Part shown: one piece after another, positions 8,635-18,537 of the stretch
How positions within the stretch are numbered: the stretch's first letter is position 1
Layout: each line of letters begins with the position of its first letter
From: Actinomycetes bacterium
GTDB lineage: Bacteria > Actinomycetota > Acidimicrobiia > Acidimicrobiales > Bog-793
Reading direction: 5' to 3'
NCBI GenBank assembly: GCA_021798985.1
Contig: JAJZBI010000011.1
Coordinates: forward strand, 23,775-87,774
DNA length: 64,000 nt
The notes under the pieces: model-generated
The model's database searches: none
Seen by the model: only the letters and a program-made list of their open reading frames with translations
What the model was told of the DNA's origin: nothing
Translations under genes and position numbers: made by a program

Positions 8635-11600
8635 ATGGGCGACGAAGGGGCCCCGCCGGTCGTCGCCGTCGTGGTCGCCTGCGACCCGGGGCCTTGGCTC
8701 GAGGACTGCCTGCGCAGCCTCGACGCGCAGGACTACCCGAACTGCTCGGTGCTGGTGATCGACAACGCCAGCGCCGAGCCGATCGCCGGGCGGGTGGCGG
8801 CCGTCGCCCCGAACTTGTACCTGCACCGCCTCGGGGAGCGCTGCGGCTACGCGCGCGCCGCCAACGTCGTCGCCGAGCTCGTCGAGAACGCCGCCTTCTA
8901 CCTGTTCTGCCACGACGACGTGGTGCTCGCCCCCGACGCGCTGAGCCGCCTCGTCGCCGAGGCGTTCCGCTCCAACGCGGGCATCGTCGGCCCGAAGCTG
9001 CTCGACGCCGAGGAGCCCTCGCGCCTGTTGCAGCTCGGCCTCGGGGTCGACCGGCTCGGCACCCCGGTCGGGCGCGTGGAGCGCGGCGAGCTCGATCAGG
9101 CCCAGCACGACGAGGTCCGCGAGGTCTTCGCGGTGCCCGGGGGCTGCGGCTTGGTGCGCGCCGACCTGTTCGGCGCGCTCGGGGGATTCGACCCTGAGAT
9201 CTCCCTGTTCGGGGAGGATGTCGACTTCTGCTGGCGGGCGCGCCTCGCCGGAGCGCGCGCCGTCGTCGAGCCCGCCGCGAGCGTGCTGCACCTCGAGGCG
9301 CTTGCCTCGCGGCTGCGCCCGTGCCCCGAGGCGCGCGAGCTGCGCAAGCGCCACGAGCTGCGCGTCGTGCTGAAGAACTACGCCGGGGTGCGCCGCCTGG
9401 TCGCGGCGGGCCAAATGGCGCTGCTCAGCGTGTTCGAGATCGCCTACTTCTTCCTGCTCGGTCAGCGCGACCGGGCCCGCGAGCTCACGGCGGCCTGGCG
9501 CTGGAACCTGGCGGACGATCAGGGCCTGAAGCGGGCACGCGCCGAGGTCGATGCGATCCGCCGCGTGCCGGATCGCATCGTCGCCCGCCTCTTCAGCCAC
9601 CGGCGCAGCCGCACCTGGCGCATCGTCCGGCGCCATCTGCCCGAGCGGCTCCAACTCGGCGAGAGCTGGGCGACCGCGCCCGTTCGCCCACGGCGGGCGG
9701 CGGCGGGCCACGACGGCGTCGGCCGCAGCGGCCCGAGCGCGGCCCTCGCCCGCTCGGCCGCAGTCGCCGGTTCGCGCTATCGCAGCGCTCGGGAGCGAGT
9801 CCAGCACCACGCGCACCACGAGCGCCGCGCCGCGTGGGTCGGCCCCGTCGCGCTCGCCGCCGCACTCGTGCTCGTCGTGGGCGCTCGCTCCGTGCTGTTC
9901 GGCCCGCTGCCACTCGTCGGCCAGCTGCTGCCGATCGCCAGCCCCTCGAGCCTGCTCGGGCACTACTTCGGCGGCTTCAACGACGCCGGCATGCAGAACC
10001 CGGGCCCGGCCAGCCCGGCGCTGTTGGTGCTCGGCCTCGCTGGCGGTCTGCTCACCAATGACACCTCGCTCCTGCTCCACCTCGAGCTGCTCCTTGCCGT
10101 GGTCGCCGGCGGCTTTGGCGTGGCTCGGCTGCTGCGCGGCCTCGCCCCGCCGAGCGCCCGCCTCATCGGCGCGCTCGCCTACCTGTTCGTGCCGCTGGCG
10201 TGGAACGACCTCGCGTCGGGCGGCCTCAACGCGTTGATCGCCTACGGCGGCATGCCCTTCGTGCTGGCTCGCATCGCCCGCGCCACACACGCCGCTCCCT
10301 TTGACGACGGTGCCCTCGCCCGCCAGCCCGCTTGGCGCGAGGTGCTGTCGCTCGGCGCCGTCCTCGGCCTGCTCGGCGCGTTCGCGCCGGCCACGGTCGT
10401 GGTGAGCCTGGTCGCCGCGGTCGCGCTCGGCCTCGGGGGACTGCTCGCCGGCTCGGCGCGCGCCGCAGGCCGGGGCGTGGCCGTGGCCTTCGGCGGGGTG
10501 GCGGTCGCCTTCGTGCTCTGCCTGCCCTGGTCGCTCACCTACCTCCAGCCGGGCGCCTGGTTCAGCGCGCTCGTCGGCGCCCACAGCGCCATGGGGCGCG
10601 TGGCACCGCTGTCGGTCCTCTTGCGCTTCGCGCTCGGGCCGATGGGTCACGGGCTGTTGGGCTGGGCTGTGCTCGCCGCGGCCGGCGTGGCGCTCGTGCT
10701 CGGCCGGGGCGACCGGCTGGCCTGGGCGGCGCGGTACTGGGTGGGCGCGCTCGGCACGCTCGCCTTCGCCTGGGCGCTCGACGAGGGCTGGCTCGGCGCT
10801 GGCGGCGACCTCGGCCTCTTCCTCGCCCCAGCCGCCTGCGCGCTCGCCGCCTGCGTCGGCCTCGGCGCGGCCTCGGTCGTGGTCGACCTCCCGCGGGCGC
10901 GCTTTGGCTGGCGCCACCTCGTCGCCCTCGCCGGCGGGGCCTGCGCGGTCGCCGGGCTGCTTCCGGTCTTCGCCGCGGCTCCCTCGGGGCGCTTCGGCCT
11001 GCCGTCGAGCGGCTATGACAGCGTGCTCTCGTGGACCAGCCACCTGCCAAACGCCGCCTCGCGGCCCGCGGCCGCCCGTGTGCTGTGGCTCGGCGATCCT
11101 GCGGCGCTGCCCCTGCCCGGCTGGCAGCTGCGACCAGGCCTGGCGCTCGGGGTGAGCGAGGGCGGGCTGCCCGACAACACGCGGCTGTGGCGCTCGGCGA
11201 ACCCCGGCGCGGCCCGCCAGGTCATCGCGGACGTCGCGCAGGCCGAGTCGGGCCAGACCGTGCGCCTCGGCCACCTGCTCGTGGCGGAGTCGATCGCCGC
11301 CATCGTCGTGCCCACGGCGACGGCGCCCGTGCTCGGCACCTTGCAGCAGGCGGCGCCTGCGCCACCGCCCGAGGCGCTGCTCGCCGGGCTGGCGGCGCAA
11401 GGGGACCTGCACGCCCTACCGAGCGAGGGCGGGGCGCTCGTCTATGAGAACGCCGCCTGGCGCCCCGGCCCGGTTCCTCGGCTGCCTGGCGGCGGGACGC
11501 CGGCGCCGTTGCGCTCGCTCGGTGTCGCCGCCGAGCTCGTGCTGATCGCCGGGGCCGCGATCGCGCTCGGGTCGCGCCGTCTTGGACGTCGCGCCAGCCA

Positions 11601-11748
11601 CCGCGCCGCCACCGCCGCCGGGGTCTTCGACCTCGACGAGCCGGGCCGCAACGGCGCCATGGCGCCGACGCGCGCGCCCGGGCGGGCCCATGCGCTCGTC
11701 GCCGAGGGCCCGTCGGCGGCCGACGCGCTCGGGACGGGGGAGCCGTGA
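8635..11748 (+). CDS. GT2 glycosyltransferase fused to a large polytopic membrane domain (1037 aa)
   Basis: ATG 8635. N-terminal GT2 motifs (VVVACDPGPWLEDCLRSLDAQDYP, DNASAEP, FGEDVDFCWRARLAG). These are followed by many hydrophobic helices, a ~250-aa non-hydrophobic segment and a last helix (AAELVLIAGAAIALG). Confidence 0.85.
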   Translation: MGDEGAPPVVAVVVACDPGPWLEDCLRSLDAQDYPNCSVLVIDNASAEPIAGRVAAVAPNLYLHRLGERCGYARAANVVAELVENAAFYLFCHDDVVLAPDALSRLVAEAFRSNAGIVGPKLLDAEEPSRLLQLGLGVDRLGTPVGRVERGELDQAQHDEVREVFAVPGGCGLVRADLFGALGGFDPEISLFGEDVDFCWRARLAGARAVVEPAASVLHLEALASRLRPCPEARELRKRHELRVVLKNYAGVRRLVAAGQMALLSVFEIAYFFLLGQRDRARELTAAWRWNLADDQGLKRARAEVDAIRRVPDRIVARLFSHRRSRTWRIVRRHLPERLQLGESWATAPVRPRRAAAGHDGVGRSGPSAALARSAAVAGSRYRSARERVQHHAHHERRAAWVGPVALAAALVLVVGARSVLFGPLPLVGQLLPIASPSSLLGHYFGGFNDAGMQNPGPASPALLVLGLAGGLLTNDTSLLLHLELLLAVVAGGFGVARLLRGLAPPSARLIGALAYLFVPLAWNDLASGGLNALIAYGGMPFVLARIARATHAAPFDDGALARQPAWREVLSLGAVLGLLGAFAPATVVVSLVAAVALGLGGLLAGSARAAGRGVAVAFGGVAVAFVLCLPWSLTYLQPGAWFSALVGAHSAMGRVAPLSVLLRFALGPMGHGLLGWAVLAAAGVALVLGRGDRLAWAARYWVGALGTLAFAWALDEGWLGAGGDLGLFLAPAACALAACVGLGAASVVVDLPRARFGWRHLVALAGGACAVAGLLPVFAAAPSGRFGLPSSGYDSVLSWTSHLPNAASRPAAARVLWLGDPAALPLPGWQLRPGLALGVSEGGLPDNTRLWRSANPGAARQVIADVAQAESGQTVRLGHLLVAESIAAIVVPTATAPVLGTLQQAAPAPPPEALLAGLAAQGDLHALPSEGGALVYENAAWRPGPVPRLPGGGTPAPLRSLGVAAELVLIAGAAIALGSRRLGRRASHRAATAAGVFDLDEPGRNGAMAPTRAPGRAHALVAEGPSAADALGTGEP

Positions 11749-13355
11749 CCCGCCGCGACGGCGCGCTGCGCCTCGGAGCGATCGGCACCGTGGTGGTGGC
11801 CCTCGCCCTCGCCGGCGTCGCCAACGCGCTGGTGCGGCCCGCCCGGCCGGGCGCGCGGGCGCCCATCCGCGTGCGGCCCGCGGCGGTCGCCCTCGGCACC
11901 GACGTGAGCTCCGCTGCGTGGTACTGCCCGGGTCCGCTGCCCGTCGGCGCCGGGGCGCCCGCGGCGGCGATCGAGGTCGTCAACCTCGGCGGCCGGCCGG
12001 TGCGCGGCGAGGTCATCGTGCACGGCGAGCACGGCCTGATCCGCACCAAGGCGTTGGCGATCGATGTGCGCGCGAGCGTCACCGTGCCGCTTCCCGACAC
12101 GGGAAAGCCCACCGAGGCAGCGGCGACGGTGCTCGTGGACCGAAGCGGCGTGGGCGTCCAAGAGGTGGTGGCCGCCCGCGCCTCGACGATCAGCCGCCTA
12201 CGCCGCCCGGCGATGGCCTCGCCCTGCCTGCAGAAGGCGGGCAGCACCGCCTACCTCGCCGCGGGGGACAGCCGCGGGGGGGACAACCTCGACCTCGCCC
12301 TGTACGACCCGGGTGCCACGCCGGCGATCGCCAACGTCGCCCTGGCGACGGCCCACGGCGCCGTCGCGCCGCCGGCGTTCCAGGGGGTGCCCGTTGGCGC
12401 GGGCTCCCTCGTCGTGCTCGACGTCGGCCGCGCCCTGCCGGGTGCGAGTGTGATCGGCACCACGGTCAGCGCGACCGGCGGCGCCCTCGCCACGGGGGCC
12501 GAGCTGACCATGGTGCACGGCGAGGGCATCCAGACCGCGCTCACCCTCGCCGCGGCCCGCCCGGCGCGCCAGTGGAGCCTGCCCGCCACGCTGGCGGGGA
12601 GCGGGACGAGCGAGTCCCTCGCGCTCTACGACCCGGGCAAGCAGGCGGCGAGCGTGACCCTCGAGCTCTACGGTGCCGGTGGGCCGGCCGAGGCGAGCGC
12701 CACGGTGCCCGCCGGCGGGGTAATCACCTTGCAGCCGGCGGCGGCGGCCGCTGCGGCGGCGGTGCGCGCCGAGGCGGTGGTCGTCGACCGGGGCGGTCCC
12801 GTCGTCGTCTCCCGCCAGGTCGCCGCCGCGGCGCGCCCGGCCCAGCCCTCGACCCGCTACCGCACCGTCATCGTCAAGGTGAAACGACGGGTGCACGGCC
12901 ATCTCGAGAGCAGTGGCGTGCCGCACCGCGTGCTGGTCCCGAACGGCCCGGCCCAGCCCACGCTCCTGCCGGCGCTGCCTGCCGGCGACGTGGCGCCCGC
13001 GGCGATCGAGGGGACGGCGCGCCACTGGCTCTTGCCGGTCGCCGATCCCGCACCGAGCGCCGGCGAGCTCGTCGAGGTGGCGAACCCTGGGGACCGGCCA
13101 GCGGGCGTGGAGCTCGCCACGATCGCCCCCTCAGGAGGCGGACGCGCCGTGCTGGCCGGGCTCGGCCAGCTGATCGTCCCAGCCCACGGCACCTTGTCGG
13201 TCGCACTCGCCGGCCTGCTGCACCCCGCCGGCCCCGCCCCGCTCGAGGTGACGGCGACGGCCCCGGTCACGGCGGCGGCGCTCGATTACAGCGATGCCAA
13301 GCAGGCGCCGGGGCTGAATATGGCGACGGGCATTCCCGTCATCTACGACCGCTAA
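11745..13355 (+). CDS. membrane-anchored/exported Ala-Gly-Val-rich protein, DUF5719-like partner of the GT2 fusion
   Basis: GTGA 4-nt overlap with the upstream gene. N-terminal anchor LRLGAIGTVVVALALAGVANA. Repeated beta-type segments. The family name is from recall only, not searched. Confidence 0.65.
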   Translation: MTRRDGALRLGAIGTVVVALALAGVANALVRPARPGARAPIRVRPAAVALGTDVSSAAWYCPGPLPVGAGAPAAAIEVVNLGGRPVRGEVIVHGEHGLIRTKALAIDVRASVTVPLPDTGKPTEAAATVLVDRSGVGVQEVVAARASTISRLRRPAMASPCLQKAGSTAYLAAGDSRGGDNLDLALYDPGATPAIANVALATAHGAVAPPAFQGVPVGAGSLVVLDVGRALPGASVIGTTVSATGGALATGAELTMVHGEGIQTALTLAAARPARQWSLPATLAGSGTSESLALYDPGKQAASVTLELYGAGGPAEASATVPAGGVITLQPAAAAAAAAVRAEAVVVDRGGPVVVSRQVAAAARPAQPSTRYRTVIVKVKRRVHGHLESSGVPHRVLVPNGPAQPTLLPALPAGDVAPAAIEGTARHWLLPVADPAPSAGELVEVANPGDRPAGVELATIAPSGGGRAVLAGLGQLIVPAHGTLSVALAGLLHPAGPAPLEVTATAPVTAAALDYSDAKQAPGLNMATGIPVIYDR

Positions 13356-13364
13356 AGCGAGCGC

Positions 13365-13748
13365 CTAGGGGCGCCCGGCGGAAATCCACTCTTCGACGCG
13401 GGCGTCGGCAATACGGCGGGCGTTTGGCATATCAGCCCACTTGCGGAAGCGCACCTTTTCCTCGTCGCTCAGCTGGGAGAAGGCCGTGGGGCCGCCTCGT
13501 CCAGAGGCGGCGGCCCGCTGGGCGCGCGGCGAGGGCGCGCTTTGGCGCCGGGAGGTGCTGTCGAGGCTCGCCAGCTCGCTCAGGCGCTGCAGCTCGTCCC
13601 GGATGGGCCCGACGTGGCTGTCGCAGACGAGCAGCAGGTAGTCGCGACCTTGCCAGCCAAAGCGCAGGCGATCGGTCGCCACGCTCTCCTTGCCCTCTTG
13701 GTTGAAGCAGACGTCGCAAAACTCTTCAACCACTGTGCGCACCGGCAT
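13365..13748 (-). CDS. Lsr2-family nucleoid-associated protein with CxxC...CxxH insertions
   Basis: ATG 13748 with AGGAGG 7 nt upstream. The N-domain aligns by eye to the Lsr2 dimerisation domain (G..Y.[IL].[LV]....[LI]R..L). The C-terminal VRFRKWADMPNARRIADARVEEWISAG resembles the Lsr2 DNA-binding helix-turn. Confidence 0.65.
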   Translation of the reverse strand: MPVRTVVEEFCDVCFNQEGKESVATDRLRFGWQGRDYLLLVCDSHVGPIRDELQRLSELASLDSTSRRQSAPSPRAQRAAASGRGGPTAFSQLSDEEKVRFRKWADMPNARRIADARVEEWISAGRP

Positions 13749-13910
13749 CGCATGACCTCCTGAAGATCCGTCGCCAAAAACTAGCGAACCGCTAACCCGA
13801 TTGTTGGCGAAAGCCGTTTGTCGGCGCTTTAGCGGCCGAAAGTGGCGCAATATTAGGCGCAGTTTTGACTGCGGAGCGCGGGCCTAAGGCTTTGGCGAGC
13901 GGGGGAGGAG

Positions 13911-13939
13911 AAAAAAAGCGCCCGGCACGAGCCGGGCGC
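13911..13939 (-). terminator. rho-independent terminator of ftsH
   Basis: GCGCCCGGC-acga-GCCGGGCGC 9-bp stem (13918-13939), followed on the minus strand by T7 (13911-13917), 5 nt after the ftsH stop. Confidence 0.8.
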
Positions 13940-13944
13940 TTTGT

Positions 13945-15933
13945 TCAGTTCCGCGCGGTCGGCGGTGCCGCCGCCCCGGGGGGCTGCTGGCTGGCGGGCA
14001 TCACCGGGCCGCTGCCGAAGATGCTCCCGGCGAAGTGGGGGACCGCCTGGTCCTCGTGCACCGGGCGGCCGTAGGCGGTGTCGATCAGCCGGGCCACCTC
14101 GGCGCCGTCCAGGGTCTCCTTCTCAAGGACGGCCCGGGCGACGGCCTTCAGACCCTCGAGGTGTTCCTCGAGCACGCGGCGCGCCCGGTCCTCCTGCTCG
14201 CGAAGGATCGTCGCCACCTCTTCGTCGACAACCCGGCTCATGTCCTCGGAGTAGTCGCGTGAGTGCATCAGGTCCTCGCCAAGGAAGACCATGCCCTGGC
14301 TTCCCCAGGCCATCGGCCCGACGCGCGACGACATGCCCCACTCGCGGACCATCTTGCGGGCGAGCTCGGTGTTGCGCTGCAGGTCGTCGCTGGCGCCCGT
14401 CGAGAGGTCGCCGTAGACCAACAGCTCGGCGACGCGGCCGCCCATGCGCACCGCCAAGGAGTCCTCGATGTACTCCTTCTTGTAGATGTGGCGGTCCTCT
14501 AGGGGGAGCTGCTGGGTGACCCCGAGCGCCATGCCCGTCGGGATGATGCTCAGCTTGAGCAGCGGGTCGGCGTTGGGCAGCACGTAGGAGAGCAGGGCGT
14601 GACCCGACTCGTGGTACGCGATGCGCTCCTTCTCGGCGTCGGAGAGCACCAGGCTCTCGCGCCGCTGGCCCATCAGCACCCGGTCGCGCGCGGCGTCGAA
14701 GTCCTTCATCTCGATCAGGTGGGCGCCGCGGCGCACCGCGTGCAGCGCCGCCTCGTTGACGAGGTTCGCGAGGTCGGCCCCGCTCATCCCCGGGGTGCCG
14801 CGCGCCACCATGTTGAGGTCGACGTCCGGCCCGATGCGCTTGTCCCGGCAGTGCACCTGGAGGATCGGCAGGCGCTCTTCGAGGTCGGGGAGCGGCACCA
14901 TGATCTGGCGGTCGAAGCGGCCCGGGCGCAACAGGGCCGGGTCCAAGATGTCGGGCCGGTTGGTCGCCGCCATCATCACGACGCCCTCGGAGGGGTCGAA
15001 GCCGTCCATCTCCGACAGCATCTGGTTGAGCGTCTGCTCGCGCTCGTCGTGGCCGCCGCCGAGCCCGGCGCCGCGCTTGCGGCCGATGGAGTCGATCTCG
15101 TCGACGAAGATGATCGCCGGTGCCTGCTTACGGGCGGTCTGGAACAGGTCGCGGACGCGCGACGCCCCGACGCCGACGAACATCTCCATGAAGTCCGAGC
15201 CGCTCACCGACAAGAAGGGGACACCGGCCTCGCCGGCGACGGCCCGGGCGAGCAGCGTCTTGCCCGTGCCGGGCGGGCCGACGAGCAGCACGCCCTTGGG
15301 GATGCGGGCCCCGATGTCTCGGAAGCGCCCGGGGCTCTTCAAGAAGTCGACGACCTCGCTGATCTCCTCCTTCACGCCGCGGTAGCCGGCGACGTCATTG
15401 AAGGTGGTGCGTGGCCGGTCGGTCGAAAAGACCTTGGCCCGCGAGCGGCCGATCGACATGATCCCCGACATCTGACCCTGCGCCCGGCGCTGCAGCCAGA
15501 CGAGGACGACGATGAAGGCGACGAGCGGGAGGATCCAGGTCAACAGGCTGGGCAGGATGCTCGAGCTCGGCGTGGCGAAGCTGAGCTTGGCGCCCGAGGA
15601 CTGGATGGCGTTGATCTCGTCCTGGGTGGCCGGGAGGGGGCCGGTCACGGTGTAGGACGTCCCGTTGCTGAGCGTGCCGGTGATCGTCCCGGTGGTGTTG
15701 TCGATCTGGGCGCTGTGGACCTGGCGAGCCTTCAGCTCGTGCTGCAAGGTCGTATAGGCGATGGACTTCGCAGTGCTGCGGTTCACGAGCGAAGAACCGA
15801 AGATCAAGAGGACGACGATGACGGCGAGGGCGGCAAGGCCCCAACGCCACATCGAGTCATTGCCGGAGCCCATCCCGCCGGGCACCGGTCGACCGGGTCC
15901 GCCGGCGCGTGGATCCTGTGGCTGTCGACTCAC
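13945..15933 (-). CDS. ftsH: ATP-dependent zinc metalloprotease FtsH
   Basis: Two N-terminal TM helices, Walker A GPPGTGKT, an AAA+ SRH region and an HESGHA zinc site. Confidence 0.97.
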   Translation of the reverse strand: MSRQPQDPRAGGPGRPVPGGMGSGNDSMWRWGLAALAVIVVLLIFGSSLVNRSTAKSIAYTTLQHELKARQVHSAQIDNTTGTITGTLSNGTSYTVTGPLPATQDEINAIQSSGAKLSFATPSSSILPSLLTWILPLVAFIVVLVWLQRRAQGQMSGIMSIGRSRAKVFSTDRPRTTFNDVAGYRGVKEEISEVVDFLKSPGRFRDIGARIPKGVLLVGPPGTGKTLLARAVAGEAGVPFLSVSGSDFMEMFVGVGASRVRDLFQTARKQAPAIIFVDEIDSIGRKRGAGLGGGHDEREQTLNQMLSEMDGFDPSEGVVMMAATNRPDILDPALLRPGRFDRQIMVPLPDLEERLPILQVHCRDKRIGPDVDLNMVARGTPGMSGADLANLVNEAALHAVRRGAHLIEMKDFDAARDRVLMGQRRESLVLSDAEKERIAYHESGHALLSYVLPNADPLLKLSIIPTGMALGVTQQLPLEDRHIYKKEYIEDSLAVRMGGRVAELLVYGDLSTGASDDLQRNTELARKMVREWGMSSRVGPMAWGSQGMVFLGEDLMHSRDYSEDMSRVVDEEVATILREQEDRARRVLEEHLEGLKAVARAVLEKETLDGAEVARLIDTAYGRPVHEDQAVPHFAGSIFGSGPVMPASQQPPGAAAPPTARN

Positions 15934-16004
15934 ATCACCATGCTAGGCGCCGCCGAGCCGCGGCCGGTCTCACGGGCTGGGAGTTGCGTGAGAATCTGGC
16001 GCCG

Positions 16005-16820
16005 ATGACGATGCCGCTGTCCGGTCCCCCTGAGCGCCCGGCGCCACCCGCCAGCGCGACGGCACCGGGCGGCAACCCCTTCGGCCTGGTCGAGGCGCTG
16101 GTCGGCTTCGTGGCCGCCGAGGTCTTCGCCTCGATCGCCGTCACCGCCTTCGGGGCGGCGAGCGGACACCCGCACCAGCTGAAGACCTTCGGCGCCGACC
16201 TCGCCAACCTCGCCGGCGTGTGGACCGGCTTCTTCGGCGCCGTCGTGCTCGCCAGCTTGATCTGGCACCACCGCCGCGGCGAGGCGCTCGCCAGCGTGTC
16301 GGAGCGCTGGCGGGCGGTGCGGGCCGACTACGGCATCGCCCTGTCACCTTGGCCCGACGTCCCGCTCGGGATCCTCGTCGGCGTCGGCTCCCAGTACCTG
16401 CTGGTCCCGGCGTTCGAGGCGCCGCTGCTCCCCTTCGTGCCCCACCTCTACGAGCGCCTCGGCGGCCCAGCGCACCAGCTCACGAGCACGACGCAGGGCG
16501 CGAGCCTCGCCGTACTCGGGCTGTTCTTGTGCGTCGGCGCCCCCTTTGTCGAAGAGTGCTTCTTCCGCGGCTTGTTGCTGCGGGCACTCGTGGGCCGCCT
16601 CGGCGCGCTCGGGGCGCGCCTTGGACCTGGGGTCGCGGTCGTCCTCAGCGCGCTGGTCTTCGGCCTCGCCCACTTCGAGCCGCTGCAGTTCCTCGGCCTG
16701 TTCGGTTTCGGCGTGCTGCTCGCGCTCTTGGCGCGGCGCACGGGACGGCTCGGTGCGGGCATGGTGGCCCACCTGAGCTTCAACGCCGTCACGGTGATCG
16801 CCCTCGCGCTCGCCCGCTGA
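16005..16820 (+). CDS. CPBP family intramembrane glutamic endopeptidase (CAAX protease-like)
   Basis: ATG 16005. EECFFRG, FGLAHF and HLSFN motifs in a polytopic protein. Confidence 0.8.
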   Translation: MTMPLSGPPERPAPPASATAPGGNPFGLVEALVGFVAAEVFASIAVTAFGAASGHPHQLKTFGADLANLAGVWTGFFGAVVLASLIWHHRRGEALASVSERWRAVRADYGIALSPWPDVPLGILVGVGSQYLLVPAFEAPLLPFVPHLYERLGGPAHQLTSTTQGASLAVLGLFLCVGAPFVEECFFRGLLLRALVGRLGALGARLGPGVAVVLSALVFGLAHFEPLQFLGLFGFGVLLALLARRTGRLGAGMVAHLSFNAVTVIALALAR

Positions 16821-16858
16821 GGCGGCACCGCCCGGCCGTCACTAGGCTGCGCCGCACC

Positions 16859-18256
16859 ATGTCGACACCTGCCTGGTCCTCCATCTTCAAGGCCTACGAC
16901 GTCCGCGGGACCGTGCCCGACCAGCTCGACGCCAAGGTCGCGTGGGCGGTCGGCGTCGGCTTCGGACGCTTCGTGCAAGGACGCGACGCCTCGACCAAAG
17001 GGATCGTCGTCGGGCGTGACATGCGCGAGTCCGGGCCCGAGCTCGCCCGCGCGCTGATGGCCGGGGCGGCCTCGACGGGCCTGTCGGTGACCGACGTCGG
17101 CCTGTGCTCGACCGACCTGCTCTACTTCGCCGCCGGACACCTGGACCGGCCGGGGGCGATGCTGACGGCCTCGCACAACCCGGCTCGTTACAACGGCATC
17201 AAGCTCTGCCTCGCCGGCGCCGCGCCGATCGGCGAGGAGTCGGGGCTGCGCGAGATCCGAGCGATCGCCGAGCAGTCCTTTGCGGACGCGCCGGACCAAC
17301 CCGGCGAGGGCCTGGCGGTCGAGTCGCGCGACCTGCTGAGCGCCTTCGCCGAGCACGTGCACCGCTTCGTCGAGCTCGACGCGCTGGCGCCCTTGCGCAT
17401 CGTCGCCGACACCGCGAACGGCATGGGCGGCCTCGTCTGCCCGAAGGTCTTCGCCGGCCTCCCCTTCCACCTCGAGGTCCTCTTCGGCGAGCTCGACGGC
17501 AGCTTCCCGAACCACCCCGCCGACCCCATCCAGATCGAGAACCTCGCCGCCTTGCAGGCCCGGGTGCTCGAGACCGGGGCCGACGTCGGCCTCGCCTTCG
17601 ACGGCGACGCCGACCGGGTCTTCCTCGTCGACGAGAAGGCCCAGCCGTTGTCCGGCTCGACGACCACGGCGATCGTCGCCAAGGCGATGCTCGACAAGCA
17701 CCCCGGCGCGACGATCCTGCACAACTGCATCTGCTCGCGCGCGGTCCCCGAGATCGTGCGCGAGAACGGCGGCACGCCGGTGCGCACCCGGGTCGGGCAC
17801 TCGTTCATCAAGGCGGTCATGGCCGAGACCGGCGCCGTCTTCGGCGGCGAGCACTCGGGCCACTACTACTTCAAGGACAACTTCCGCGCGGACTCGGGCA
17901 TCATCGCCGCCACCGTGGTCCTCGAGGTGCTGTCGCGCGCCGGGACCAGCCTGTCGGAGCTGCGCAAGCCCTACGAGCGCTACGCGGACTCGGGCGAGAT
18001 CAATACCGAGGTCGCCGACCCGAAGGCGATCGTCGCCGCCGTCGGCGACCTCGTGGCGAGCCGCGGGGCGACGGTGGACTACTTCGACGGCCTGACCGCG
18101 GACTTCGGCGAGTGGTGGTTCAACCTGCGCCCCTCCAACACCGAGCCGCTGCTGCGCCTGAACGTCGAGGCGGCCGACGCTCCGGCCTGCGCCGAGCGCG
18201 TGCAGGAGGTGCTCGGGCTCGTGCGCGAGCTCGGCGTCGAGACGGCGGAGGCCTGA
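16859..18256 (+). CDS. manB: phosphomannomutase/phosphoglucomutase
   Basis: ATG 16859. TASHNPARYNG phosphoserine loop with the four-domain PGM/PMM layout. Confidence 0.9.
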   Translation: MSTPAWSSIFKAYDVRGTVPDQLDAKVAWAVGVGFGRFVQGRDASTKGIVVGRDMRESGPELARALMAGAASTGLSVTDVGLCSTDLLYFAAGHLDRPGAMLTASHNPARYNGIKLCLAGAAPIGEESGLREIRAIAEQSFADAPDQPGEGLAVESRDLLSAFAEHVHRFVELDALAPLRIVADTANGMGGLVCPKVFAGLPFHLEVLFGELDGSFPNHPADPIQIENLAALQARVLETGADVGLAFDGDADRVFLVDEKAQPLSGSTTTAIVAKAMLDKHPGATILHNCICSRAVPEIVRENGGTPVRTRVGHSFIKAVMAETGAVFGGEHSGHYYFKDNFRADSGIIAATVVLEVLSRAGTSLSELRKPYERYADSGEINTEVADPKAIVAAVGDLVASRGATVDYFDGLTADFGEWWFNLRPSNTEPLLRLNVEAADAPACAERVQEVLGLVRELGVETAEA

Positions 18257-18258
18257 GC

Positions 18259-18525
18259 ATGGCGCTCGACTCGCTGCTCATCGAGCTGCTGGTGTGCCCC
18301 GAGGACAAGGGGCCGCTGTGGTACTTCGAGGAGGACGCCCTCTTGTACAACCCCCGCCTGCGGCGGCGTTACCCCGTCCGCGACGGGATCCCCGTGCTGC
18401 TCATCGCCGAGGGGGAGACGACCGACGACGTCACCCACGCGGCGCTCGCCGAGCGCTTCGCGCACTCGGGCGTCGAGACCGGCACTGGTCCCATCCCGGG
18501 GGAGCCCTCGCCGTCGCGTGGGTAG
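18259..18525 (+). CDS. Trm112-family small protein
   Basis: ATG 18259, 2 nt after the manB stop. LVCPEDKGPL...YPVRDGIPVLL motifs. 88 aa. Confidence 0.75.
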   Translation: MALDSLLIELLVCPEDKGPLWYFEEDALLYNPRLRRRYPVRDGIPVLLIAEGETTDDVTHAALAERFAHSGVETGTGPIPGEPSPSRG

Positions 18526-18537
18526 GCTCAGACTGGG

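Noticed and set aside
8554-11412. A 1026-aa minus-strand ORF antisense to the GT2-membrane fusion gene.
   Set aside because: The product is Arg/Gly/Asp/Glu-rich nonsense with no motifs, while the plus-strand frame has clear GT2 motifs and TM helices. Only its last 73 codons (8332-8553), which lie outside the plus-strand gene, were kept as a low-confidence small CDS.
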